64,000 nt of DNA from Eledone cirrhosa (lineage: Eukaryota), in contig OZ024740.1 of assembly GCA_964016885.1 (NCBI GenBank), positions 263,004,001-263,068,000 on the forward strand, in the 5' to 3' direction. This document shows positions 34,201-50,709 of the stretch, one piece after another. How positions within the stretch are numbered: the stretch's first letter is position 1; each line of letters begins with the position of its first letter. A model generated the notes under the pieces. It did no database searches, was not told the DNA's origin, and saw only the letters and a program-made list of their open reading frames with translations. A program made the translations under genes and the position numbers.

Positions 34201-37200
34201 AACACCAGTAACAACATCAGTAACAACACCAGTAACAACAACAGTAACAACACCAGTAACAACACCAGTAACAACATGAGTAACAACAACAGTAACAACA
34301 ACAGTAACAACAGTAACAACACATGTAACAACACCAGTAACAACATCAGTAACAACACCAGGAACAACATCAGTAACAACACCAGTAACAACATCAGTAA
34401 CAACAACAGTAACAACAACAACAGTAACAACAACAGTAACAACAACAGTAACAACACCAGTAACAACAACAGTAACAACAACAGCAACAACAACAGTAAC
34501 AACAACAGTAACAACACCAGTAACAACACCAGGAACAACATCAGTAACAACAACAGTAACAACACCAGTAACAACAACAGTAACAACACCAGTAACAACA
34601 ACAGTAACAGCAACAGTAACAACAACAGTAACAACATCAGTAACAACACCAGTAACAACATCAGTAACAACAATAGTAACAACAACAGTAACAACATCAG
34701 TAACAACACCAGTAACAACACTAGTAACAACAACAGTAACAACAATAGTAACAACACCAGTAACAACATCAGTAACAACAACAGTAACAACAACAGTAAC
34801 AACAACAGTAACAACAACAGTAACAACACCAGTAACAACATACGTAACAACATCAGTAACAACATCAGTAACAACAATAGTAACAACAACAGTAACAACA
34901 TCAGTAACAACACCAGTAACAACAACAGTAACAACACCAGTAACAACATCAGTAACAACATCAGTAACAACAACAGTAACAACATCAGTAACAACACCAG
35001 TAACAACAACAGTAACAACAACAGTAACAACACCAGTAACAACATCAGTAACAACAACAGTAACAACAACAGTAACAACATCAGTAACAACACCAGTAAC
35101 AACATCAGTAACAACAACAGTAACAACAACAGTAACAACATCAGTAACAACATCAGTAACAACAACAGTAACAACAACAGTAACAACAACAGTAACAACA
35201 ACAGTAACAACATCAGTAACAACACCAGTAACAACATCTGTAACAACAACAGTAACAACACCAGTAACAACATCAGTAACAACAACAGTAACAACAACAG
35301 TAACAACACCAGTAACAACATCAGTAACAACAACAGTAACAACATCAGTAACAACATCAGTAACAACACCAGTAACAACAACATCTCCAGTAACAACAAC
35401 AGTAACAACACCAGTAACAACATCAGTAACAACAACAGTAACAACACCAGTAACAACAACAGTAACAACACGAGTAACAACAACAGTAACAGCACCAGTA
35501 ACAACATCAGTAACAACATCAGTAACAACAACAGTAACAACAACAGTAACAACAACAGTAACAACAACAGTAACAACATCAGTAACAACACCAGTAACAT
35601 CATCAGTAACAACAACAGTAACAACATCAGTAACAACAACAGTAACAACAACAGTAACAACAACAGTAACAACATCAGTAACAACATCAGTAAAAACATC
35701 AGTAACAACACCAGTAACAACACCAGTAACAACATCAGTAACAACACCAGTAACAATATCAGTAACAACAACAACAGTAACAACAACAGTAACAACACCA
35801 GTAACAACAACAGTAACAACATCAGTAACAACACCAGTAACAACACCAGTAACAACAACAGTAACAACAACAGTAACAACAACAGTAACAACAGTAACAA
35901 CACATGTAACAACACCAGTAACAACATCAGTAACAACACCAGGAACAACATCAGTAACAACACCATTAACAACATCAGTAACAACAACAGTAACAACAAC
36001 AACAGTAACAACAACAGTAACAACTACAGTAACAACACCAGTAACAACAACAGTAACAACATCAGTAACAACAACAGTAACAACAACAGTAACAACACCA
36101 GTAACAACACCAGGAACAACATCAGTAACAACAACAGTAACAACACCAGTAACAACAACAGTAACAACACCAGTAACAACAACCGTAACGACAACAGTAA
36201 CAACAACAGTAACAACATCAGTAACAACACCAGTAACAACATCAGTAACAACAACAGTAACAACAACAGTAATAACAACAGTAACAACAAAAGTAACAAC
36301 ACCAGTAACAGCATACGTAACAACACCAGTAACAACATCAGTAACAACAATAGTAACAACAGCAGTAACAACATCAGTAACAACACCAGTAACAACAACA
36401 GTAACAACAATAGTAACAACACCAGTAACAACATCAGTAACAAAAACAGTAACAACAACAGTAACAACAACAGTAACAACAACAGTAACAACACCAGTAA
36501 CAACATACGTAACAACACCAGTAACAACATCAGTAACAACAATAGTAACAACAACAGTAACAACATCAGTAACAACACCAGTAACAACAACAGTAACAAC
36601 AATAGTAACAACACCAGTAACAACAACAGTAACAACAACAGTAACAACATCAGTAACAACAACAGTAACAACAACAGTAACAACAACAGTAACAACACCA
36701 GTAACAACATACGTAACAACACCAGTAACAACAACAGTAACAACAGTAACAACACCAGTAACAACATCAGTAACAACACCAGTAACAACAACAGTAACAA
36801 CACCAGTAACAACACCAGTAACAACATCAGTAACAACAACAGTAACAAAAACAGTAACAACACCAGTAACAACATCAGTAACAACAACAGTAACAACAAC
36901 AGTAACAGCATCAGTAACAACACCAGTAACAACATCAGTAACAACAACAGTAACAACAACAGTAACAACAACAGTAACAACATCAGTAACAACATCAGTA
37001 ATAACAACAGTAACAACAAAAGTAACAACAACAGTAACAACAACAGTAACAACATCAGTAACAACACCAGTAACAACATCAGTAACAACAACAGTAACAA
37101 CACCAGTAACAACATCAGGAACAACATCAGTAACAACAACAGTAACAACACCAGTAACAACAACAGTAGCAACACCAGTAACAACAACAGTAACAACAAC

Positions 37201-40200
37201 AGTAACAACACCAGTAACAACAACAGTAACAACATCAGTAACAACACCAGTAAAAACAATAGTAACAACAACAGTAACAACATCAGTAACAACATACGTA
37301 ACAACACCAGTAACAACAACAGTAACAACAGTAACAACACCAGTAACAACATCAGTAACAACACCAGTAACAACAACAGTAACAACACCAGTAACAACAC
37401 CAGTAACAACATCAGTAACAACAACAGTAACAACAACAGTAACAACACCAGTAACAACATCAGTAACAACAACAGTAACAACAACAGTAACAACATCAGT
37501 AACAACACCAGTAACAACATCAGTAACAACAACAGGAACAACATCAGTAACAACACCAGTAACAACATCAGTAACAACAACAATAACAACAACAACAGTA
37601 ACAACAACAGTAACAACAACAGTAACAACACCAGTAACAACAACAGTAACAACATCAGTAACAACAACAGTAACAACAACAGTAACAACACCAGTAACAA
37701 CACCAGGAACAACATCAGTAACAACAACAGTAACAACACCAGTAACAACAACAACAGTAACAACAACAGTAACAACAACAACAGTAACAACACAGTAACA
37801 ACAACAGTAACAACAACAGTAACAACACCAGTAACAACAACAGTAACAACAACAGTAACAACATCAGTAACAACAACAGTAACAACATCAGTAACAACAT
37901 CAGTAACAACATCAGTAACAATACCAGTAACAACAACAGTAACAACAACAGTAACAACAACAACAGTAACAACAACAGTAACAACAACAACAGTAACAAC
38001 ACAGTAACAACAACAGTAACAACAACAGTAACAACACCAGTAACAACAACTGTAACAACACCAGTAACAACAACTGTAACAACATCAGTAACAACACCAG
38101 TAACAACAACAGTAACAACAATAGTAACAATATCAGTAACAACACCAGTAACCACAACAGTAACAACATCAGTAACAACAACAGTAACAACATCAGTAAC
38201 AACACCAGTAACCACAACAGTAACAACACCAGTAACAACAACAGTAACAACAACAGTAACAACAACAGTAACAACACCAGTAACAACACCAGTAACAACA
38301 CCAGTAACAACAACAGTAACAACATCAGTAACAACACCAGTAACCACACCAGTAACAACATCAGTAACAACACCAGTAACAACACCAGTAACAACACCAG
38401 TAACAACAACAGTAACAACAACAGTAACAACACCAGTAACAACAACAGTAACAACATCCGTAACAACACCAGTAACAACACCACTAACAACACCAGTAAC
38501 AACAACAACAGTAACAACAACAGTAACAACAACAGTAACAACACCACTAACAACATCAGTAACAACACCAGTAACAACATCAGTAACAACACCAGTAACA
38601 ACATCAGTAACAACAACAGTAACAACATCAGTAACAACACCAGTAACAACAACAGCAACAACAACAGTAACAACACCAGTAACAACACCAGTAACAACAT
38701 CAGTAACAACACCAGTAACAACAACAGTAACAACAACAGTAACAACATCAGTAACAACACCAGTAACAACACCAGTAACAACACCAGTAACAACAACAGT
38801 AACAACATCTGTAACAACAACAGTAACAACATCAGTAACAACACCAGTAACAACACCAGTAACAACATGAGTAACAACAACAGTAACAACAACAGTAACA
38901 ACAGTAACAACACATGTAACAACACCAGTAACAACATCAGTAACAACACCAGGAACAACACCAGTAACAACATCAGTAACAACAACAGTAACAACAACAA
39001 CGGTAACAACAACAGTAACAACAACAGTAACAACACCAATAACAACAACAGTAACAACATCAGTAACAACATCAGTAAAAACATCAGTAACAACACCAGT
39101 AACAACACCAGTAACAACATCAGTAACAACACCAGTAACAATATCAGTAACAACAACAACAGTAACAACAACAGTATCAACACCAGTAACAACAACAGTA
39201 ACAACATCAGTAACAACACCAGTAACAACACCAGTAACAACAACAGTAACAACAACAGTAACAACAACAGTAACAACAGTAACAACACATGTAACAACAC
39301 CAGTAACAATATCAGTAACAACACCAGGAACAACATCAGTAACAACACCATTAACAACATCAGTAACAACAACAGTAACAACAACAACAACAGTAACAGC
39401 AACAGTAACAACAACAGTAACAACACCAGTAACAACAACAGTAACAACATCAGTAACAACAACAGTAACAACAACAGTAACAACACCAGTAACAACACCA
39501 GGAACAACACCAGTAACAACAACAGTAACAACACCAGTAACAACAACATTAACAACACCAGTAACAACAACAGTAACAACAACAGTAACAACAACAGTAA
39601 CAACATCAGTAACAACACCAGTAACAACATCAGTAACAACAACAGTAACAACAACAGTAACAACAACAGTAACAACAAAAGTAACAACACCAGTAACAGC
39701 ATACGTAACAACACCAGTAACAACATCAGTAACAACAATAGTAACAACAACAGTAACAACATCAGTAACAACACCAGTAACAACAACAGTAACAACAATA
39801 GTAACAACACCAGTAACAACATCAGTAACAAAAACAGTAACAACAACAGTAACAACAACAGTAACAACAACAGTAACAACACCAGTAACAACACCAGTAA
39901 CAACATACGTAACAACACCAGTAACAACATCAGTAACAACAATAGTAACAACAACAGTAACAACATCAGTAACAACACCAGTAACAACAACAGTAACAAC
40001 AATAGTAACAACACCAGTAACAACAACAGTAACAACAACAGTAACAACATCAGTAACAACAACAGTAACAACAACAGTAACAACAACAGTAACAACACCA
40101 GTAACAACATACGTAACAACACCAGTAACAACACCAGTAAAAACAATAGTAACAACAACATTAACCACATCAGTAACAACATACGTAACAACACCAGTAA

Positions 40201-41006
40201 CAACAACAGTAACAACAGTAACAACACCAGTAACAACATCAGTAATAACACCAGTAACAACAACAGTAACAACACCAGTAACAACACCAGTAACAACATC
40301 AGTAACAACAACAGTAACAACAACAGTAACAACACCAGTAACAACATCAGTAACAACAACAGTAACAACAACAGTAACAACATCAGTAACAACACCAGTA
40401 ACAACATCAGTAACAACAACAGTAACAACAACAGTAACAACAACAGTAACAACATCAGTAACAACATCAGTAATAACAACAGTAACAACAAAAGTAACAA
40501 CAACAGTAACAACAACAGTAACAACATCAGTAACAACACCAGTAACAACATCAGTAACAACAACAGTAACAACACCAGTAACAACATCAGGAACAACATC
40601 GGTAACAACAACAGTAACAACACCAGTAACAACAACAGTAACAACACCAGTAACAACAACAGTAACAACAACAGTAACAACACCAGTAACAACAACAGTA
40701 ACAACATCAGTAACAACACCAGTAAAAACAATAGTAACAACAACAGTAACAACATCAGTAACAACATACGTAACAACACCAGTAACAACAACAGTAACAA
40801 CAGTAACAACACCAGTAACAACATCAGTAACAACACCAGTAACAACAACAGTAACAACACCAGTAACAACACCAGTAACAACATCAGTAACAACAACAGT
40901 AACAACAACAGTAACAACACCAGTAACAACATCAGTAACAACAACATTAACAACAACAGTAACAACATCAGTAACAACACCAGTAACAACAACAGTAACA
41001 ACACCA
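28229..41006 (+). repeat. Higher-order super-unit copy 2 (12,778 bp; ~8,956-bp internal deletion relative to copy 1)
   Basis: Matches copy 1 at offset 21,722-21,734 up to ~39,060, then jumps to the equivalent of ~26,280 (GTATCA marker 26396 vs 39174, offset 12,778). Confidence 0.82.
37784..38003 (+). repeat. Paired 11-mer cassette, copy 4
   Basis: 11-mers at 37784 and 37993; the + ORF ends at 38007. Confidence 0.85.
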
Positions 41007-44000
41007 GTAACAACAACAGTAACAACAACAGTAACAACACCAGTAACAACAACAGTAACAACAACAGTAACAACACCAGTAACAACACCAGTAACAACAA
41101 CATCTCCAGTAACAACAACAGTAACAACACCAGTAACAACATCAGTAACAACAACAGTAACAACAACAGTAACAACACCAGTAACAACAACAGTAACAAC
41201 ACCAGTAACAACAACAGTAACAGCACCAGTAACAATATCAGTAACAACATCAGTAACAACATCAGTAACAACAACAGTAACAACAACAGTAACAACAACA
41301 GTAACAACATCAGTAACAACACCAGTAACATCATCAGTAACAACAACAGTAACAACAACAGTAACAACAACAGTAACAACAACAGTAACAACATCAGTAA
41401 CAACATCAGTAAAAACATCAGTAACAACACCAGTAACAACACCAGTAACAACATCAGTAACAACACCAGTAACAATATCAGTAACAACAACAACAGTAAC
41501 AACAACAGTAACAACACCAGTAACAACAACAGTAACAACATCAGTAACAACACCAGTAACAAAACCAGTAACAACAACAGTAACAACAACAGTAACAACA
41601 ACAGTAACAACACATGTAACAACACCAGTAACAACATCAGTAACAACACCAGGAACAACATCAGTAACAACACCATTAACAACATCAGTAACAACAACAG
41701 TAACAACAACAACAACAGTAACAACAACAGTAACAACAACAGTAACAACACCAGTAACAACAACAGTAACAACATCAGTAACAACAACAGTAACAACAAC
41801 AGTAACAACACCAGTAACAACACCAGGAACAACATCAGTAACAACAACAGTAACAACACCAGTAACAACAACAGTAACAACACCAGTAATAACAACAGTA
41901 ACAACAACAGTAACAACAACAGTAACAACATCAGTAACAACACCAGTAACAACATCAGTAACAACAACAGTAACAACAACAGTAACAACAACAGTAACAA
42001 CAAAAGTAACAACACCAGTAACAGCATACGTAACAACACCAGTAACAACGTCAGTAACAACAATAGTAACAACAACAGTAACAACATCAGTAACAACACC
42101 AGTAACAACAACAGTAACAACAATAGTAACAACACCAGTAACAACATCAGTAACAAAAACAGTAAAAACAACAGTAACAACAACAGTAACAACAACAGTA
42201 ACAACACCAGTAACAACATACGTAACAACACCAGTAACAACATCAGTAACAACAATAGTAACAACAACAGTAACAACATCAGTAACAACACCAGTAACAA
42301 CAACAGTAACAACAATAGTAACAACACCAGTAACAACAACAGTAACAACAACAGTAACAACAACAGTAACAACAACAGTAACAACAACAGTAACAACACC
42401 AGTAACAACATCAGTAACAACACCAGTAACAACATCAGTAACAACACCAGTAACAACATCAGTAACAACAACAGTAACAACATCAGTAACAACACCAGTA
42501 ACAACAATAGCAACAACAACAGTAACAACACCAGTAACAACACCAGTAACAACATCAGTAACAACACCAGTAACAACAACAGTAACAACAACAGTAACAA
42601 CATCAGTAACAACACCAGTAACAACACCAGTAACAACACCAGTAACAACAACAGTAACAACATCAGTAACAACAACAGTAACAACATCAGTAACAACACC
42701 AGTAACAACACCAGTAACAACATGAGTAACAACAACAGTAACAACAACAGTAACAACAGTAACAACACATGTAACAACACCAGTAACAACATCAGTAACA
42801 ACACCAGGAACAACATCAGTAACAACACCAGTAACAACATCAGTAACAACAACAGTAACAACAACAACAGTAACAACAACAGTAACAACAACAGTAACAA
42901 CACCAGTAACAACAACAGTAACAACAACAGTAACAACAACAGTAACAACACCAGTAACAACACCAGGAACAACATCAGTAACAACAACAGTAACAACACC
43001 AGTAACAACAACAGTAACAACACCAGTAACAACAACAGTAACAGCAACAGTAACAACAACAGTAACAACATCAGTAACAACACCAGTAACAACATCAGTA
43101 ACAACAATAGTAACAACAACAGTAACAACATCAGTAACAACACCAGTAACAACACTAGTAACAACAACAGTAACAACAATAGTAACAACACCAGTAACAA
43201 CATCAGTAACAACAACAGTAACAACAACAGTAACAACAACAGTAACAACAACAGTAACAACACCAGTAACAACATACGTAACAACATCAGTAACAACATC
43301 AGTAACAACAACAGTAACAACACCAGTAACAACATCAGTAACAACATCAGTAACAACAACAGTAACAACATCAGTAACAACACCAGTAACAACAACAGTA
43401 ACAACACCAGTAACAACACCAGTAACAACATCAGTAACAACAACAGTAACAACAACAGTAACAACACCAGTAACAACATCAGTAACAACAACAGTAACAA
43501 CAACAGTAACAACATCAGTAACAACACCAGTAACAACATCAGTAACAACAACAGTAACAACAACAGTAACAACATCAGTAACAACATCAGTAACAACAAC
43601 AGTAACAACAACAGTAACAACAACAGTAACAACAACAGTAACAACAACAGTAACAACACCAGTAACAACATCTGTAACAACAACAGTAACAACACCAGTA
43701 ACAACATCAGTAACAACAACAGTAACAACAACAGTAACAACACCAGTAACAACATCAGTAACAACAACAGTAACAACAACAGTAACAACATCAGTAACAA
43801 CACCAGTAACAACAACATCTCCAGTAACAACAACAGTAACAACACCAGTAACAACATCAGTAACAACAACAGTAACAACACCAGTAACAACAACAGTAAC
43901 AACACGAGTAACAACAACAGTAACAGCACCAGTAACAACATCAGTAACAACATCAGTAACAACAACAGTAACAACAACAGTAACAACAACAGTAACAACA

Positions 44001-47000
44001 ACAGTAACAACATCAGTAACAACACCAGTAACATCATCAGTAACAACAACAGTAACAACATCAGTAACAACAACAGTAACAACAAAAGTAACAACAACAG
44101 TAACAACATCAGTAACAACACCAGTAACAACACCACTAACAACACCAGTAACAACAACAGTAACAACAACAGTAACAACAACAGTAACAACACCAGTAAC
44201 AACATCAGTAACAACACCAGTAACAACATCAGTAACAACACCAGTAACAACATCAGTAACAACAACAGTAACAACATCAGTAACAACACCAGTAACAACA
44301 ATAGCAACAACAACAGTAACAACACCAGTAACAACACCAGTAACAACATCAGTAACAACACCAGTAACAACAACAGTAACAACAACAGTAACAACATCAG
44401 TAACAACACCAGTAACAACACCAGTAACAACACCAGTAACAACAACAGTAACAACATCAGTAACAACAACAGTAACAACATCAGTAACAACACCAGTAAC
44501 AACACCAGTAACAACATGAGTAACAACAACAGTAACAACAACAGTAACAACAGTAACAACACATGTAACAACACCAGTAACAACATCAGTAACAACACCA
44601 GGAACAACATCAGTAACAACACCAGTAACAACATCAGTAACAACAACAGTAACAACAACAACAGTAACAACAACAGTAACAACAACAGTAACAACACCAG
44701 TAACAACAACAGTAACAACAACAGTAACAACAACAGTAACAACACCAGTAACAACACCAGGAACAACATCAGTAACAACAACAGTAACAACACCAGTAAC
44801 AACAACAGTAACAACACCAGTAACAACAACAGTAACAGCAACAGTAACAACAACAGTAACAACATCAGTAACAACACCAGTAACAACATCAGTAACAACA
44901 ATAGTAACAACAACAGTAACAACATCAGTAACAACACCAGTAACAACACTAGTAACAACAACAGTAACAACAATAGTAACAACACCAGTAACAACATCAG
45001 TAACAACAACAGTAACAACAACAGTAACAACAACAGTAACAACAACAGTAACAACACCAGTAACAACATACGTAACAACATCAGTAACAACATCAGTAAC
45101 AACAACAGTAACAACACCAGTAACAACATCAGTAACAACATCAGTAACAACAACAGTAACAACATCAGTAACAACACCAGTAACAACAACAGTAACAACA
45201 CCAGTAACAACACCAGTAACAACATCAGTAACAACAACAGTAACAACAACAGTAACAACACCAGTAACAACATCAGTAACAACAACAGTAACAACAACAG
45301 TAACAACATCAGTAACAACACCAGTAACAACATCAGTAACAACAACAGTAACAACAACAGTAACAACATCAGTAACAACATCAGTAACAACAACAGTAAC
45401 AACAACAGTAACAACAACAGTAACAACAACAGTAACAACAACAGTAACAACACCAGTAACAACATCTGTAACAACAACAGTAACAACACCAGTAACAACA
45501 TCAGTAACAACAACAGTAACAACAACAGTAACAACACCAGTAACAACATCAGTAACAACAACAGTAACAACAACAGTAGCAACATCAGTAACAACACCAG
45601 TAACAACAACATCTCCAGTAACAACAACAGTAACAACACCAGTAACAACATCAGTAACAACAACAGTAACAACACCAGTAACAACAACAGTAAGAACACG
45701 AGTAACAACAACAGTAACAGCACCAGTAACAACATCAGTAACAACATCAGTAACAACAACAGTAACAACAACAGTAACAACAACAGTAACAACAACAGTA
45801 ACAACATCAGTAACAACACCAGTAACATCATCAGTAACAACAACAGTAACAACATCAGTAACAACAACAGTAACAACAACAGTAACAACAACAGTAACAA
45901 CATCAGTAACAACATCAGTAAAAACATCAGTAACAACACCAGTAACAACACCAGTAACAACATCAGTAACAACACCAGTAACAATATCAGTAACAACAAC
46001 AACAGTAACAACAACAGTAACAACACCAGTAACAACAACAGTAACAACATCAGTAACAACACCAGTAACAACACCAGTAACAACAACAGTAACAACAACA
46101 GTAACAACAACAGTAACAACAGTAACAACACATGTAACAACACCAGTAACAACATCAGTAACAACACCAGGAACAACATCAGTAACAACACCATTAACAA
46201 CATCAGTAACAACAACAGTAACAACAACAACAGTAACAACAACAGTAACAACTACAGTAACAACACCAGTAACAACAACAGTAACAACATCAGTAACAAC
46301 AACAGTAACAACAACAGTAACAACACCAGTAACAACACCAGGAACAACATCAGTAACAACAACAGTAACAACACCAGTAACAACAACAGTAACAACACCA
46401 GTAACAACAACCGTAACGACAACAGTAACAACAACAGTAACAACATCAGTAACAACACCAGTAACAACATCAGTAACAACAACAGTAACAACAACAGTAA
46501 CAACAACAGTAACAACAAAAGTAACAACACCAGTAACAGCATACGTAACAACACCAGTAACAACATCAGTAACAACAATAGTAACAACAGCAGTAACAAC
46601 ATCAGTAACAACACCAGTAACAACAACAGTAACAACAATAGTAACAACACCAGTAACAACATCAGTAACAAAAACAGTAACAACAACAGTAACAACAACA
46701 GTAACAACAACAGTAACAACACCAGTAACAACATACGTAACAACACCAGTAACAACATCAGTAACAACAATAGTAACAACAACAGTAACAACATCAGTAA
46801 CAACACCAGTAACAACAACAGTAACAACAATAGTAACAACACCAGTAACAACAACAGTAACAACAACAGTAACAGCATCAGTAACAACAACAGTAACAAC
46901 AACAGTAACAACAACAGTAACAACACCAGTAACAACATACGTAACAACACCAGTAACAACAACAGTAACAACAGTAACAACACCAGTAACAACATCAGTA

Positions 47001-50000
47001 ACAACACCAGTAACAACAACAGTAACAACACCAGTAACAACACCAGTAACAACATGAGTAACAACAACAGTAACAACAACAGTAACAACAGTAACAACAC
47101 ATGTAACAACACCAGTAACAACATCAGTAACAACACCAGGAACAACATCAGTAACAACACCAGTAACAACATCAGTAACAACAACAGTAACAACAACAAC
47201 AGTAACAACAACAGTAACAACAACAGTAACAACACCAGTAACAACAACAGTAACAACAACAGCAACAACAACAGTAACAACAACAGTAACAACACCAGTA
47301 ACAACACCAGGAACAACATCAGTAACAACAACAGTAACAACACCAGTAACAACAACAGTAACAACACCAGTAACAACAACAGTAACAGCAACAGTAACAA
47401 CAACAGTAACAACATCAGTAACAACACCAGTAACAACATCAGTAACAACAATAGTAACAACAACAGTAACAACATCAGTAACAACACCAGTAACAACACT
47501 AGTAACAACAACAGTAACAACAATAGTAACAACACCAGTAACAACATCAGTAACAACAACAGTAACAACAACAGTAACAACAACAGTAACAACAACAGTA
47601 ACAACACCAGTAACAACATACGTAACAACATCAGTAACAACATCAGTAACAACAATAGTAACAACAACAGTAACAACATCAGTAACAACACCAGTAACAA
47701 CAACAGTAACAACACCAGTAACAACATCAGTAACAACATCAGTAACAACAACAGTAACAACATCAGTAACAACACCAGTAACAACAACAGTAACAACAAC
47801 AGTAACAACACCAGTAACAACATCAGTAACAACAACAGTAACAACAACAGTAACAACATCAGTAACAACACCAGTAACAACATCAGTAACAACAACAGTA
47901 ACAACAACAGTAACAACATCAGTAACAACATCAGTAACAACAACAGTAACAACAACAGTAACAACAACAGTAACAACAACAGTAACAACATCAGTAACAA
48001 CACCAGTAACAACATCTGTAACAACAACAGTAACAACACCAGTAACAACATCAGTAACAACAACAGTAACAACAACAGTAACAACACCAGTAACAACATC
48101 AGTAACAACAACAGTAACAACATCAGTAACAACATCAGTAACAACACCAGTAACAACAACATCTCCAGTAACAACAACAGTAACAACACCAGTAACAACA
48201 TCAGTAACAACAACAGTAACAACACCAGTAACAACAACAGTAACAACACGAGTAACAACAACAGTAACAGCACCAGTAACAACATCAGTAACAACATCAG
48301 TAACAACAACAGTAACAACAACAGTAACAACAACAGTAACAACAACAGTAACAACATCAGTAACAACACCAGTAACATCATCAGTAACAACAACAGTAAC
48401 AACATCAGTAACAACAACAGTAACAACAACAGTAACAACAACAGTAACAACATCAGTAACAACATCAGTAAAAACATCAGTAACAACACCAGTAACAACA
48501 CCAGTAACAACATCAGTAACAACACCAGTAACAATATCAGTAACAACAACAACAGTAACAACAACAGTAACAACAACAGTAACAACAACAGTAACAACAG
48601 TAACAACACATGTAACAACACCAGTAACAACATCAGTAACAACACCAGGAACAACATCAGTAACAACACCATTAACAACATCAGTAACAACAACAGTAAC
48701 AACAACAACAGTAACAACAACAGTAACAACTACAGTAACAACACCAGTAACAACAACAGTAACAACATCAGTAACAACAACAGTAACAACAACAGTAACA
48801 ACACCAGTAACAACACCAGGAACAACATCAGTAACAACAACAGTAACAACACCAGTAACAACAACAGTAACAACACCAGTAACAACAACCGTAACGACAA
48901 CAGTAACAACAACAGTAACAACATCAGTAACAACACCAGTAACAACATCAGTAACAACAACAGTAACAACAACAGTAATAACAACAGTAACAACAAAAGT
49001 AACAACACCAGTAACAGCATACGTAACAACACCAGTAACAACATCAGTAACAACAATAGTAACAACAGCAGTAACAACATCAGTAACAACACCAGTAACA
49101 ACAACAGTAACAACAATAGTAACAACACCAGTAACAACATCAGTAACAAAAACAGTAACAACAACAGTAACAACAACAGTAACAACAACAGTAACAACAC
49201 CAGTAACAACATACGTAACAACACCAGTAACAACATCAGTAACAACAATAGTAACAACAACAGTAACAACATCAGTAACAACACCAGTAACAACAACAGT
49301 AACAACAATAGTAACAACACCAGTAACAACAACAGTAACAACAACAGTAACAACATCAGTAACAACAACAGTAACAACAACAGTAACAACAACAGTAACA
49401 ACACCAGTAACAACATACGTAACAACACCAGTAACAACAACAGTAACAACAGTAACAACACCAGTAACAACATCAGTAACAACACCAGTAACAACAACAG
49501 TAACAACACCAGTAACAACACCAGTAACAACATCAGTAACAACAACAGTAACAAAAACAGTAACAACACCAGTAACAACATCAGTAACAACAACAGTAAC
49601 AACAACAGTAACAGCATCAGTAACAACACCAGTAACAACATCAGTAACAACAACAGTAACAACAACAGTAACAACAACAGTAACAACATCAGTAACAACA
49701 TCAGTAATAACAACAGTAACAACAAAAGTAACAACAACAGTAACAACAACAGTAACAACATCAGTAACAACACCAGTAACAACATCAGTAACAACAACAG
49801 TAACAACACCAGTAACAACATCAGGAACAACATCAGTAACAACAACAGTATCAACACCAGTAACAACAACAGTAGCAACACCAGTAACAACAACAGTAAC
49901 AACAACAGTAACAACACCAGTAACAACAACAGTAACAACATCAGTAACAACACCAGTAAAAACAATAGTAACAACAACAGTAACAACATCAGTAACAACA

Positions 50001-50489
50001 TACGTAACAACACCAGTAACAACAACAGTAACAACAGTAACAACACCAGTAACAACATCAGTAACAACACCAGTAACAACAACAGTAACAACACCAGTAA
50101 CAACACCAGTAACAACATCAGTAACAACAACAGTAACAACAACAGTAACAACACCAGTAACAACATCAGTAACAACAACAGTAACAACAACAGTAACAAC
50201 ATCAGTAACAACACCAGTAACAACATCAGTAACAACAACAGGAACAACATCAGTAACAACACCAGTAACAACATCAGTAACAACAACAATAACAACAACA
50301 ACAGTAACAACAACAGTAACAACAACAGTAACAACACCAGTAACAACAACAGTAACAACATCAGTAACAACAACAGTAACAACAACAGTAACAACACCAG
50401 TAACAACACCAGGAACAACATCAGTAACAACAACAGTAACAACACCAGTAACAACAACAACAGTAACAACAACAGTAACAACAACAACA

Positions 50490-50709
50490 GTAACAACACA
50501 GTAACAACAACAGTAACAACAACAGTAACAACACCAGTAACAACAACAGTAACAACAACAGTAACAACATCAGTAACAACAACAGTAACAACATCAGTAA
50601 CAACATCAGTAACAACATCAGTAACAATACCAGTAACAACAACAGTAACAACAACAGTAACAACAACAACAGTAACAACAACAGTAACAACAACAACAGT
50701 AACAACACA
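50490..50709 (+). repeat. Paired 11-mer cassette, copy 5
   Basis: 11-mers at 50490 and 50699; the + ORF ends at 50713. Confidence 0.85.
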
